The notes below the pieces were generated by a model that did not search any database, was not told where the DNA came from, and saw only the letters and a list, made by a program, of their open reading frames with translations. The position numbers were made by a program, and so were the translations under genes. Positions 9,233 through 18,006 of a stretch of DNA of 32,005 nt are shown here, piece by piece; positions within the stretch are counted from its first letter, which is position 1; every line of letters begins with the position of its first letter. This stretch comes from a virus (taxonomy: Duplodnaviria; Caudoviricetes). The DNA is taken from positions 1 to 32,005 of the IMG/VR virus record IMGVR_UViG_3300006483_000006; one strand, given 5' to 3'.

Positions 9233-10903
9233 CTAAGCGCGCGGGTCGAAGGCCGACCCGGCGTAATAGTAGCTGGCAAACAGCTTGATCTGGCGGATGA
9301 TGGGGATGCCAACGAGCTTGGTTTCCGCGGCCAGGCCGTTATTGACGATGTCCTGGCCGTCGGGGATCTCGATGACGTAGCCGGCCAGCTCCTGGGGCTG
9401 AGCCAGGACCATCGTGTCCAGGGCCGCCCCGAGATTGGCCCGCAGGTACTCGATGCCGGCCGCGCCGCCGTTGGCCAACGGGTCGCCGGCCTCGTCGTAC
9501 ATGCTCTTGAGCGCCTGGATGCGCAGCTTGCGAACGGCCCTGAATACGGTGCGCAGCACCTCGATGTACTGGTAGTCGCTGGTGGCGTCGGCCAGGGTGC
9601 GCGCGTCGCCCCAGTAGACCCCGGACAGGCCTGCGTAGCGTTTGGCCGTTAGGAAGCCGGCCTTCTCCAGGGACTTCTGGACAGCCTCGCCCCAAGCCTC
9701 GGGCAGCGTGGCCGGGGCGATGCCGCCGTCGCGCACGCGGCCCATGGCGCGCATGACCGGGATGGCCATGATGCGTCCGGCGGCCAGGCCGCCCCAGTTG
9801 CGCACAACGCGCCGGCCCGTGACGTCCATGACCTCTCCGAATTGGCAGCATACAGCCACGAAGCGATGCGCGTAGCTGGCCCGCTCCTGGAGCATGGCGG
9901 CGGTCCAGTCGGATACGTCCTCGCCGTCGTAGGGCAGGCGGGATTCGCACAAGAAAAAGGTGGGTCGGTGCAAATTCCAGAGTGTGTCGGCCAGCACTCC
10001 GAGCGCAGCCCAGTCCACGGAATCCGTGGGCGCGGCCACATGCACGAACTCCACGTCGTACAGCTCAAGCGGCGTCTCCAGGGCGCTCATGACGGCCGCG
10101 ATGGTCGGCACGGGCGGCAGCACGCGGACGCTGTAGGTAGTGCCAGCCACGCCCTCCTGGGCCGGCCAGGTGATGGTCACGCCCGTGTCGCCCACGGCGA
10201 TGGCCCCATCCACGGGGATGGTCCGTTCCGGGCCGAAGGTGTCGCCGTCCACGGAAAGCCTGTAGGTGCCCTCGTTGCGCCCGCCGGCCGTGACGATCTG
10301 CAAGATCACCTCTGCCGCCGCCCTGGGCGTGCCGGCCACCGTGATGTCCGGACCGGTGCCAACCTTGGACACCGGGCCGATGGCCGTGCGCACGGTCACG
10401 GCGTATTGGTCCCCGGCGACCTGGTCGGCATCTTCCAGGACCAGGGTCGCTCCGGACGCGCCGAGCGGGATCTGGCCGTTAGCCGGCGTGGCTGTAGCGA
10501 TCTCCCAAGCCTTACCACCGTCCAGGGACAGCTTGCAGGTCGCCGCGCCGAGCGCGCCAGCGTCCACGATCTGCACGAGCGCGTCGGCGTTCTCGGCCGG
10601 CACGCCACTGACCGTTGCTTCCGGGCCACTGCCGGTGTGCCTGACCGACGAGACGTAGCCGCCAACCTGGCCAGCCACCGGCACGGCGATGGCCGTCTGG
10701 CCGCCCGTAGCGAACAGATCGCGCAGCCTGTCCACGAGCGGACCGACTCCCAGCAGGTCGGCCAAGTCGCTCGACTTGCCAACCAAGTAGCCCTTGCCGA
10801 CCTCGCCCTTGGAGCAGACGCCGGCCACGATGCACGAGCCGTCCACGCCGCCGGGCGCCAGGCCCGAGGTGCCGTCAACTATGTACTCAAGTACGTCGCC
10901 CAT
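9233..10903 (-). CDS. Tail sheath protein (DUF2586-like)
   Basis: 556 aa; GRVRDG, YAGLSGVYWGD...SDYQYIE.LR motifs; directly upstream of tube. Confidence 0.9.
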   Translation of the reverse strand: MGDVLEYIVDGTSGLAPGGVDGSCIVAGVCSKGEVGKGYLVGKSSDLADLLGVGPLVDRLRDLFATGGQTAIAVPVAGQVGGYVSSVRHTGSGPEATVSGVPAENADALVQIVDAGALGAATCKLSLDGGKAWEIATATPANGQIPLGASGATLVLEDADQVAGDQYAVTVRTAIGPVSKVGTGPDITVAGTPRAAAEVILQIVTAGGRNEGTYRLSVDGDTFGPERTIPVDGAIAVGDTGVTITWPAQEGVAGTTYSVRVLPPVPTIAAVMSALETPLELYDVEFVHVAAPTDSVDWAALGVLADTLWNLHRPTFFLCESRLPYDGEDVSDWTAAMLQERASYAHRFVAVCCQFGEVMDVTGRRVVRNWGGLAAGRIMAIPVMRAMGRVRDGGIAPATLPEAWGEAVQKSLEKAGFLTAKRYAGLSGVYWGDARTLADATSDYQYIEVLRTVFRAVRKLRIQALKSMYDEAGDPLANGGAAGIEYLRANLGAALDTMVLAQPQELAGYVIEIPDGQDIVNNGLAAETKLVGIPIIRQIKLFASYYYAGSAFDPRA

Positions 10904-10906
10904 GGA

Positions 10907-11209
10907 TTACCTCCCCTTGTTCCTGGCGATGCGCCCGCCGCCCAGCCTCCGTCTTCGCAGCAGCTCCACGGCCTGGCCGAACTGCTCGGCGCTGACGGTT
11001 TTGCCCGGAGCCCAGCCTGTGGCCTGGCGCAGGGCGGCCAGCTCCCAAGCCGGCAGACCCTGCGCGTAGGCGTGCTCCTCCACCAGGCGCATTTCGTCGG
11101 GCTTGGCCGGTGTGACTTCGGCCGGCTCGGACGTAGCCGCGCGGCGCGGATCGATGCGGTTTTCGCTCTGGCGCTCGGCCAGGTCAGCCTTGGTCTTGTC
11201 CTTGGCCAT
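10907..11209 (-). CDS. Small hypothetical protein preceding the sheath
   Basis: 100 aa ORF filling the gap, with GGAGG RBS. Confidence 0.75.
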   Translation of the reverse strand: MAKDKTKADLAERQSENRIDPRRAATSEPAEVTPAKPDEMRLVEEHAYAQGLPAWELAALRQATGWAPGKTVSAEQFGQAVELLRRRRLGGGRIARNKGR

Positions 11210-11210
11210 G

Positions 11211-11735
11211 TCATGCCTCCTGGACGGTCAGGCCGTCCGTGACGTTAATTTTGCGCACCAGCGGATGCTCCTCATCCTGGCAGAGCATGCCCGTGATGCG
11301 GATATGCAAGGCTGCCGCGCGCCGACGGAAGACCTCCACGGTCTTGCGCCCATAGCCGCCGAGGATCGCGCGAAACGCTTCCACTCGCACCAGGTTGTTG
11401 TCGGCGTCCGCCGTCCGCGCCGGCAGAACCAGGAGAAAGGCTGGCATAAAGGCCTCCAGCCACTCCTCGTCGTCGGCAATGATCTCGACACGCACGTCCA
11501 GCCTGCGGGTGTAGATCCGCGCGCGGATGGTCTCGTGCGTGCCGGGCTGCGTCTCTGACGGTACCCGCGCGATCTTGTCGTAGTCGCGCGCAAGGCTCTC
11601 CGGCAAAAACTCGATCTCCAGTCGGGGCGACTTGGCCAGCTTGTCCTCGCGTTCGGGCTTGCGGTCCACGCGCTCAGCCGGCAGCCCTGCAGCCACGGCC
11701 GCGTCGCGGATGATCTGCTCGGCAAGACTTCTCAT
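11211..11735 (-). CDS. Putative tail terminator / completion protein, 174 aa (MRSLAEQI...)
   Basis: Position between gpG-like gene and sheath; start at 11735 avoids overlap. Confidence 0.65.
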   Translation of the reverse strand: MRSLAEQIIRDAAVAAGLPAERVDRKPEREDKLAKSPRLEIEFLPESLARDYDKIARVPSETQPGTHETIRARIYTRRLDVRVEIIADDEEWLEAFMPAFLLVLPARTADADNNLVRVEAFRAILGGYGRKTVEVFRRRAAALHIRITGMLCQDEEHPLVRKINVTDGLTVQEA

Positions 11736-11743
11736 TTTGAGTG

Positions 11744-12244
11744 TCACCGCCCGGCGCGGACGCCGAAGCCGGCGGCCAGCCAGGTCTGCACGGTCTGTTG
11801 TGTGTCCACGATGTCCTGCTTCGAAATGCCGATGAATGGCCGGGGCGGGATGCTCACGGCCTTTTTTCGCGCCCAGCGCCCACCGACCTGGAAGCGCAAG
11901 TACGGCGCGTTCTTGGCGCGGATATCGGCCCCAAACTGGTGCGTGGCCGCGTATTCGACGTTCGTGCCCACGGCGACCAGGTTGAGACTGGCCTCGTAGC
12001 CGATGGAGTTTTTGAGCCTGGCCGTGTCCACCAGGGTCTGCCCCCCTTCGGCCTGGGCGCGGATGGACGGCTCCCAATTTTCGCCGCCCGGCCCGCGCCC
12101 GTCCTCGAAGCGCTGCTGCGTGGAGCTGACCAGCTGCTCGCCGATCTGCTCCATGATCTCCTGCCGCGCCTGCACGTGGGCGATGGCCTTGCCGACCATG
12201 CCACGCAGGCCGGACAGATCCATCCTGAAGCTCGCGCCGGCCAT
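11744..12244 (-). CDS. Virion morphogenesis protein (Mu gpG / P2 gpS-like)
   Basis: RFEDGRGPGGENWEPS, LVDTARLKNSI, VGTNVEYAATHQFG, IPPRPFIG. Confidence 0.93.
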   Translation of the reverse strand: MAGASFRMDLSGLRGMVGKAIAHVQARQEIMEQIGEQLVSSTQQRFEDGRGPGGENWEPSIRAQAEGGQTLVDTARLKNSIGYEASLNLVAVGTNVEYAATHQFGADIRAKNAPYLRFQVGGRWARKKAVSIPPRPFIGISKQDIVDTQQTVQTWLAAGFGVRAGR

Positions 12245-12669
12245 CAGAAGCGCTCCCAGGTGTCAGGCCCGAACAGGGCCTGGGGCGCGTGGACCTCGAC
12301 GCCGGCATCAGCCACGGGCTCGGCGCCGAGGCGCTCCAGGCCGATGTCGTCCTTGCCCTCGACGATGCGCGCGAGCGCCTTGCGTGCCTCCCGGACCTGG
12401 TCCAGGAGGAACATGAACTCGGCCTCGTTGAGCAGCGTGGTGATGGCGCCGACCACGCCGTGGGCGGCCAGGGCCGCCGCGATCTGGCGCAGGGTGTCCG
12501 GGACCGTGGCGAGCGGCAACACGAACGTGGCGCGCAGGGCGTCCTCGACCCGACCGTTGGCCGCCGCGACGCAGCGGTCAACGATGCCGGGCGCGATCTC
12601 CTCGGCTTTGGCCTGGTAGGCCAGGAGCAGATACTCGCTCAAATCCTCACGACGGCAGTACACAGACAC
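12244..12669 (-). CDS. Head-tail adaptor (Mu gp36 / DUF1320-like)
   Basis: GTG start; YC..EDL, A..RVEDAL...F.LPL..VP..L pattern; follows capsid. Confidence 0.85.
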   Translation of the reverse strand: MSVYCRREDLSEYLLLAYQAKAEEIAPGIVDRCVAAANGRVEDALRATFVLPLATVPDTLRQIAAALAAHGVVGAITTLLNEAEFMFLLDQVREARKALARIVEGKDDIGLERLGAEPVADAGVEVHAPQALFGPDTWERF

Positions 12670-12685
12670 CTCTCTCGCGCGTTTG

Positions 12686-12706
12686 GGACTAGTCTTAGAC
12701 TAGTCC
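12686..12706. repeat. Perfect inverted repeat GGACTAGTCT-T-AGACTAGTCC
   Basis: 10-bp arms with a 1-nt spacer; each arm contains the palindrome GACTAGTC; intergenic between capsid and gp36. Confidence 0.9.
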
Positions 12707-12731
12707 GCGGACCAAAGCCCTACGCCAGGAC

Positions 12732-13709
12732 CTAGCTCAGCACCTGGGCCACGCAGATGCCCCGCATATTGGGCACCGGGAACGGCTTGGACTCGCCCAC
12801 CAGCATCCAGCCGCTGGGATCGTCCCGCTTCAGGGGCTTAACGAACATGGGCAGAGGCTGGAGGTTGGCGTCCAAATCGTCCACGGCCGCGTAGATGAGC
12901 CGGTGGTCGGCATCCTTGGCGACCATGCGCACGGTCTTGGCCGGCACCACGGGCGTCATCTGCCTGGTCTCGGGGTCGCGGTACTTCTCGGCCCGGCGCC
13001 GGACGAGGAAACCGCCGACGTTGATGCCCTGGTCCGTGATCTCCACGCGGATCTTGGCCGTGGTCTTGGAGTCCTCGGCCAGCCTGAACAGCTGGTTGTA
13101 CACGTCACCCGAGGCCTGAATCTCGACCTCGCCGCCGTAGCCTTCGGCCTCCAAGGCCTCCTGCATGGCCGTAAGCGTCTCGAAGACGTCGGCCAGCCTG
13201 ACGCCCTCGGCGCCCCACTTCTTGGCCGGGGTGACGCTGAGCGCATCCCCGAAGTCGATAACCCAGCGCTCGAAACCTCCAGCCTCCATCTGCACGGGCC
13301 AGTCGATCTCGCCGCCAAGCGCCTGGGAGCACAGGGCCTCGGTAGTCTTGCGCACGCCCCGGCGCAGCAGGTCGGCCTTGCCCTGCGCCCAGGTCTCCTT
13401 GGCGTTCTGGCCCAGGAGCTTGAGGTTGTTGAGGTCCATCCCGGCCACGAACGTATTGGGCTTGACCGGCAACGGCTCGTAAAAGTCGGCCTGGCCGGAA
13501 TCCCTGGTGGCCGGGATGGAGGCCGAGCCGCGCTTGACCACGGGCAGGGCGTGCACCACACCCTTGATCTCGTGGACGCCCACGATGGGCATGGCCAGCT
13601 GGGGCCGATTCAGAAACAGGCTGTCCATGATGGGCGTCTTGATCACGGGCAGGGCCAACAGGTAGCGCACTATGGCGTCGCGGCTGAACAGTCCGCGGAT
13701 GTCGAGCAT
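12732..13709 (-). CDS. Major capsid protein (Phage_cap_E-like)
   Basis: 325 aa; PVVKRGS, RKTTEALCSQAL.G, IDFG, DDPSG...LVGESKPFPVP. Confidence 0.93.
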   Translation of the reverse strand: MLDIRGLFSRDAIVRYLLALPVIKTPIMDSLFLNRPQLAMPIVGVHEIKGVVHALPVVKRGSASIPATRDSGQADFYEPLPVKPNTFVAGMDLNNLKLLGQNAKETWAQGKADLLRRGVRKTTEALCSQALGGEIDWPVQMEAGGFERWVIDFGDALSVTPAKKWGAEGVRLADVFETLTAMQEALEAEGYGGEVEIQASGDVYNQLFRLAEDSKTTAKIRVEITDQGINVGGFLVRRRAEKYRDPETRQMTPVVPAKTVRMVAKDADHRLIYAAVDDLDANLQPLPMFVKPLKRDDPSGWMLVGESKPFPVPNMRGICVAQVLS

Positions 13710-13742
13710 GATGTCCTCCGATGTGATTGCGGCTGGCCCGGC

Positions 13743-14093
13743 CTAGACCGGGTAGATACCGCTGGCTTGCAGTTTGCGCAGCATGGCCGCGTCGGGCTCG
13801 GCCGGGTCGGTCGCACCGACCTTGAGCACGTCGCGGCGCACGGTGCCGTGGATGACCACCACGCCGGCCGTGGCCAGGGCCGTGTCCAGGATCTCGTCCA
13901 GCACGGCCACGGGCTCGGCATCTTCGGCCTGGGGAATCAGGTTGCCGTCCTCGTCCTTGGCCAGGACGAGGCCCACGGGCAGCACGCCCTGGGCCTCCGC
14001 GAATGAGGCAGTGACCAGCACCGGACCGTGGCCCTTGATGCCCGCGCGCTCGTCGTCGTAGCTAAAGCTGTGTATCTTGCCGTTGATGGGCAT
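13743..14093 (-). CDS. Head decoration protein
   Basis: 116 aa between protease and capsid; LPVGLVL, VAVL, C-terminal L...GIY. Confidence 0.8.
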   Translation of the reverse strand: MPINGKIHSFSYDDERAGIKGHGPVLVTASFAEAQGVLPVGLVLAKDEDGNLIPQAEDAEPVAVLDEILDTALATAGVVVIHGTVRRDVLKVGATDPAEPDAAMLRKLQASGIYPV

Positions 14094-14111
14094 GTCGTAC
14101 TCTCCTTGCGC

Positions 14112-14546
14112 CTAGACCTTGCTGGTCAGGTCGACAGGCGTCTTGTCGTCGGTCCGCTTGCCCGGCGCGGCCCGCGCGGCCGTGGCAAACTCGGTGAGCA
14201 GGCCGTGGGGCTTGCGGGCCTCCAGGCTGCGCCAGTAGGACTCCTCCTGGCTGATCTGCTCGACCTTGCCGCCAGCCGCGAAATTGACAGTCGTGCCGGC
14301 CTGGCCCAGGGTCGCGGCAAAGCCCAGGACTTGGTCCTTTTCGGCGGGCAGGGCTTTCTCGTCGGCCACGAGCTTGTCGAAGCGCGCCTCGCGGGCGGCC
14401 GTTTCCTGCTGGCCCTTGAAGGCTGCAAAGTCGGCCGTGGCCTTGTCCTTGCCCTTCACGGCCTCGTCGCGCTCCGTGGCCAGCTGCTTGTTCTGGTCCT
14501 CCAGCTCCTTGACCCTCTTCGTGGCCTCTTCCAACGTCAGCGCCAT
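14112..14546 (-). CDS. Internally initiated scaffold protein (Mu gpZ-like), 144 aa
   Basis: In-frame AGGAGG-attcc-ATG at 14546 preceding the coiled-coil MALTLEEATKRVKELEDQNKQL. Confidence 0.7.
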   Translation of the reverse strand: MALTLEEATKRVKELEDQNKQLATERDEAVKGKDKATADFAAFKGQQETAAREARFDKLVADEKALPAEKDQVLGFAATLGQAGTTVNFAAGGKVEQISQEESYWRSLEARKPHGLLTEFATAARAAPGKRTDDKTPVDLTSKV

Positions 14547-14984
14547 GGAATCCTCCTGTGGCTGTGAGCCCTCGGGCTCGTTTGAAAACTCGATGCTCCA
14601 GGCCCCGCGCTCGGCCTGGAGCTGCACCGCGCCCAGGCCGTCGATGGCCGGGGGCGCGGCGCCGAGCAGGCCCACGTGGCGCAGGGTCCAGTTCGGGTTG
14701 AGGCTCATGGACACGTAGCGGTAATGGCCGTCGGAGATGAGCCGCCCGACCTCTTCGGGCACGTCCTTGAGCCTGGCCTGGAGCACGTCGCCGACCACGC
14801 GCAACTGCTCGACCCAGCCGAAGGCGGGGTCATTAGTCCGTGGGTGGCCGAAGACCAGCGGGGCCTGCAGCCGCGTGGGGTCGTAGCTGCGCACGATCTG
14901 GTCCAGCGTAGACCTGGTGAGGTCCACCAGGCGGCCGGCCATGTCCTTGAACGATCCGACTCGGGCGATGTTGATCCAGCTCAT
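14112..14984 (-). CDS. Prohead protease/scaffold (Mu gpI-like), 290 aa
   Basis: GGAGG-N4-ATG at 14984; APLVFGHP, PAFGWV, YRYVS, LRHVGLLGAAPPAIDGL. Confidence 0.93.
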   Translation of the reverse strand: MSWINIARVGSFKDMAGRLVDLTRSTLDQIVRSYDPTRLQAPLVFGHPRTNDPAFGWVEQLRVVGDVLQARLKDVPEEVGRLISDGHYRYVSMSLNPNWTLRHVGLLGAAPPAIDGLGAVQLQAERGAWSIEFSNEPEGSQPQEDSMALTLEEATKRVKELEDQNKQLATERDEAVKGKDKATADFAAFKGQQETAAREARFDKLVADEKALPAEKDQVLGFAATLGQAGTTVNFAAGGKVEQISQEESYWRSLEARKPHGLLTEFATAARAAPGKRTDDKTPVDLTSKV

Positions 14985-15025
14985 GCGTCCTCCGTAATAC
15001 GTCCGGCTGGCCGCAACCATGCGGC

Positions 15026-15046
15026 CGTGCAGGATATGCGAACTAT
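15026..15046 (-). promoter_or_regulatory. Putative late-promoter activator site upstream of the head-tail operon (ATAGTTCGC ATATCCTGC)
   Basis: TATGCGAACTAT at 15035-15046 matches TATGCAAACTAT upstream of the lysin gene at 11 of 12 positions. Confidence 0.55.
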
Positions 15047-15158
15047 TTTGACAAGCCGTGCGGCCGGGTTTATTGGTTTCAGAGAGGCATTGACCGGCCG
15101 CGCTGCCGAGCCCCGGCGGGGGGATAGGTAGGGGCGCGGCCGACTCGGATGGCCCGCC

Positions 15159-16439
15159 CTATCCGAGCTTTTCACGATGCAGCAGGATCCCCTGTCGTTG
15201 CTTCTCCAGGTATTCCAGCATCAAGGCCTTCTTGCCCACCTTCGGCGTGAAGGCCGTTGAGGCCTGCCAACTCCCGCCGACGAAATTGAAGACCACGAAT
15301 CCGCCGATGCGCTCCCCGTCCAGCCCGAACAGCCTGATCAGCCTGGTGGCCATGTAGCGGCGGCCGGAAACTTCCGCCGGAACCTGCCAAGCCTCGTATG
15401 GGTTCTGGATGGTCCGCGCGAGCAGCCGCACGTAAGGTGCACGCCCGCTTTTATCGACCTTCCAGGCCCCGGAATGCTTCTCGACGAAGAACCACTTGGA
15501 GATGGGCACCGGGATGCCGCCGGGCAGGATGTGCGTCGTGCTCTCCTGGAGGGATTGCAGGCCGAACTCACTGAGGAACGCCTGGACATACCGTTCGGGC
15601 CGCAGGCCGGCCGGCAGCAGGTCTGCCGCCTGGGCCGGCAGGATGTGGCGCGAGTCCAGCCTAGCCAGAGGTTCCTTGCAGTCGCCGCCGGCGAACATGC
15701 CCTTGCCGTCGCGGCAGAGTGTGCCGGCCGGACGCACGCGCAGATCCCGCTCGTCGATCTCCCGAGGCGTGAGCGAGGCGATCCAGTCCTCGGCTGTGTT
15801 TTGCGCAAAGCCCTTGTCCGGCGCGGGCCGAACTGGCGGCAGCCTCTCGCCGGTCCTGGGATCAACGGGCTCGATGATGCCCGACCAGTCTTTTTGGACG
15901 CCGTAGCCGCGCTCCTCGACTTGCTTGGCCGAGAGCGTCTGCACAGTGCAGCGGCAGCGGAAGCCGTTGGGCGGGTAGAAGCGGCTCCAGAAGTCATGGT
16001 CCGCCGGGTAGACCAGGCCGTGCAGGGCCGAGTGGCTGGGTCGCGTGCGGCTGTCCTGCACGGCCACATAGCGCCAGTAGGGCCGCGTCTTGGCCGCGCG
16101 CTGCATCTGCACGTAGCGGCCGGCCTGGTAGGCGGATTGGATGTTGGTCCGAAAGATGTTGTCCACGCGCCAGGCCCGCTGGCCGGTCCAGCCCTGCTGC
16201 TCGATGATGTCCGCGATGCGGCCCTGGAAATCGGCCAGCGTCTCGCCGCCCTCCATGGCCTTGGCCATGGCCGCGTGGACATCGGCCAACTGATCCTGCG
16301 CAGACAGGCCCGAGACTGTGAAGGCCCGCGCGCGGGCGCGCTCGGACAGCGCGTCGAACTCACGGCGGGTGACGATGCGCTTGTCCGCCCAGAATGCCTG
16401 GGCCTCGCGCATGGGCAGGGCGACGGGCTCAACGGCCAT
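15159..16439 (-). CDS. MuF minor head protein with C-terminal PBECR-like nuclease extension, 426 aa
   Basis: RAFTVSG, IFRTNIQSAYQAGR, DSRTRPSH, YPPNGFRCRC; extension with LLARTIQNPYEAW, WQASTAF, YLEKQRQG.LL. Confidence 0.9.
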   Translation of the reverse strand: MAVEPVALPMREAQAFWADKRIVTRREFDALSERARARAFTVSGLSAQDQLADVHAAMAKAMEGGETLADFQGRIADIIEQQGWTGQRAWRVDNIFRTNIQSAYQAGRYVQMQRAAKTRPYWRYVAVQDSRTRPSHSALHGLVYPADHDFWSRFYPPNGFRCRCTVQTLSAKQVEERGYGVQKDWSGIIEPVDPRTGERLPPVRPAPDKGFAQNTAEDWIASLTPREIDERDLRVRPAGTLCRDGKGMFAGGDCKEPLARLDSRHILPAQAADLLPAGLRPERYVQAFLSEFGLQSLQESTTHILPGGIPVPISKWFFVEKHSGAWKVDKSGRAPYVRLLARTIQNPYEAWQVPAEVSGRRYMATRLIRLFGLDGERIGGFVVFNFVGGSWQASTAFTPKVGKKALMLEYLEKQRQGILLHREKLG

Positions 16440-18006
16440 CGCGTCCCTCCTGGCCCTCATCCCTGGCGGCCAGGCGGCCGTGCATGTCGGCAGCCACAAG
16501 CGCCCGTTGCAGAAGCTCCTCGAATTCGCCGCCGCTCAGCTCCGGCATGGCCTCGGCGAGCATGAGCTGCAGGTCCTCCCAGGACTCGGTGGACTGCACG
16601 ATCTCGATGATTCTGCGCGTGCGATTCTCGCTGGCCCGCACGGCCTCGGGCAGAACCGCATCCAGCATGCCCTCAAGCGCGGCCTGCGCATCCACAGCAG
16701 CAGCCTCGCCGGGGTCGGAGCCAGGCGCGGCAAACAAAGAGCCGGGCTTGCCGGTAAAATTCTCATCTTGGGTGACATGCGCGGCGACCTCGAAATCCTC
16801 CTCGGGCATGCTGTAAACCTTGACGAAGTGCGACTTCAGAAAGCGCACGCCGATGCCGTGGAGCGTCGTGTCCAGGTCGGCGCGGGCTGCGTAGTCCTCG
16901 GGCTGCACGAAGCGGAAGACTGGCGCGAAGACGCCTTCGGGAGCGTTGAGCTTGGCGTAGCTCCAGGCCAGTTCATCCATGGTCGCCGCGACGAGCGCCT
17001 CGTCGGCCTCGGCCAGATCCCCTAGCTCGCCGGCATGGGTTGCGGCCGCGGCATAGCTGCCCTTGTCGCCCACCTCGGCCGACAACGTGTTGCCCATGAG
17101 GACTTTGGAGATGGCCGCGTCCCAGTGGCGCACCAGCCGTTCGTGGATGTCGGCTGACTTCCCCGACGCCTCGTAGATCTTCACGTCGCTGCCGGACGGC
17201 AACACGGCCACGGCGTCCTGGGTCATCCTGGCCAGGTCGGCGGCCATGGCCTGCCTGTCCTGCCGGCTTACCCCGGAGGGCGCGTTGCCCACGGTCCAGG
17301 GCTGGCCGTACTTTTCCGCGAAGCGCATCCAGAACTGCACGCCACCTCGTTTAAAGGCCACGGGCCACAGACAGCGGGTGAGCAGCCGTTCGCCATAGGG
17401 ATTGGCGTAGGTCGCGCCGTGGCGGGCCAAGACGAACTTCAGCGGCGGCACCAGTTCGCCCTGAAGGCTCGACTGGCTGCGGAAAAGCAGGCGATTGTCT
17501 GCGTCAAACCCGAACCAGGCGCGCGGCTTGGCCACGGCGTCCACCAGGCGCAAGCTCCCCTTGCCGGCCGGCTCGAACATCAGCTCGACGACTGTGTGAC
17601 CGAAATACGGGGCGTCGAGGATCTCGGAGATGAGCCCGCGCATGTCCAGGTTTTCCAGGTCGGCGACCAGGGCCTTGCAGAGCCGCTCGGCCTCGGCCGA
17701 GGGCTCCTCGCCTTTGGGCGCGCCGGGCTGGAAGTCATAGTCCTGGCGGTTGAGCGTCTTAAGCTTGCGCTTGGCCCTGGCCATCGTGACCTGGTCATCG
17801 GCGCACAGCTCGTCGAGCACCGAGGCGTCGTCCCCGCGCTTGCGCAGCACGGGGTCCGGGTCGGGCAGGATGCCCAGCCAGCCCACGAGATCCGCGCCCG
17901 CGGCCTCGCGCGTGGCGATCTCCGTGAGCAGCTGCTCCCGGTCGGGCTGATCAGGGCGGCGGGAGAAATTGAGCAGCCGACCAGCGAGGCGCGCCATGCG
18001 GTTCAT
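16429..18006 (-). CDS. Portal protein (Mu gp29 / DUF935), 525 aa
   Basis: LPDPDPVLRK, ILDAPYFG, NPYGERLL, FAEKYGQPW, ISKVLMGNTL, GSYAAAATH; ATG overlaps the TerL stop. Confidence 0.95.
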   Translation of the reverse strand: MNRMARLAGRLLNFSRRPDQPDREQLLTEIATREAAGADLVGWLGILPDPDPVLRKRGDDASVLDELCADDQVTMARAKRKLKTLNRQDYDFQPGAPKGEEPSAEAERLCKALVADLENLDMRGLISEILDAPYFGHTVVELMFEPAGKGSLRLVDAVAKPRAWFGFDADNRLLFRSQSSLQGELVPPLKFVLARHGATYANPYGERLLTRCLWPVAFKRGGVQFWMRFAEKYGQPWTVGNAPSGVSRQDRQAMAADLARMTQDAVAVLPSGSDVKIYEASGKSADIHERLVRHWDAAISKVLMGNTLSAEVGDKGSYAAAATHAGELGDLAEADEALVAATMDELAWSYAKLNAPEGVFAPVFRFVQPEDYAARADLDTTLHGIGVRFLKSHFVKVYSMPEEDFEVAAHVTQDENFTGKPGSLFAAPGSDPGEAAAVDAQAALEGMLDAVLPEAVRASENRTRRIIEIVQSTESWEDLQLMLAEAMPELSGGEFEELLQRALVAADMHGRLAARDEGQEGRDGR

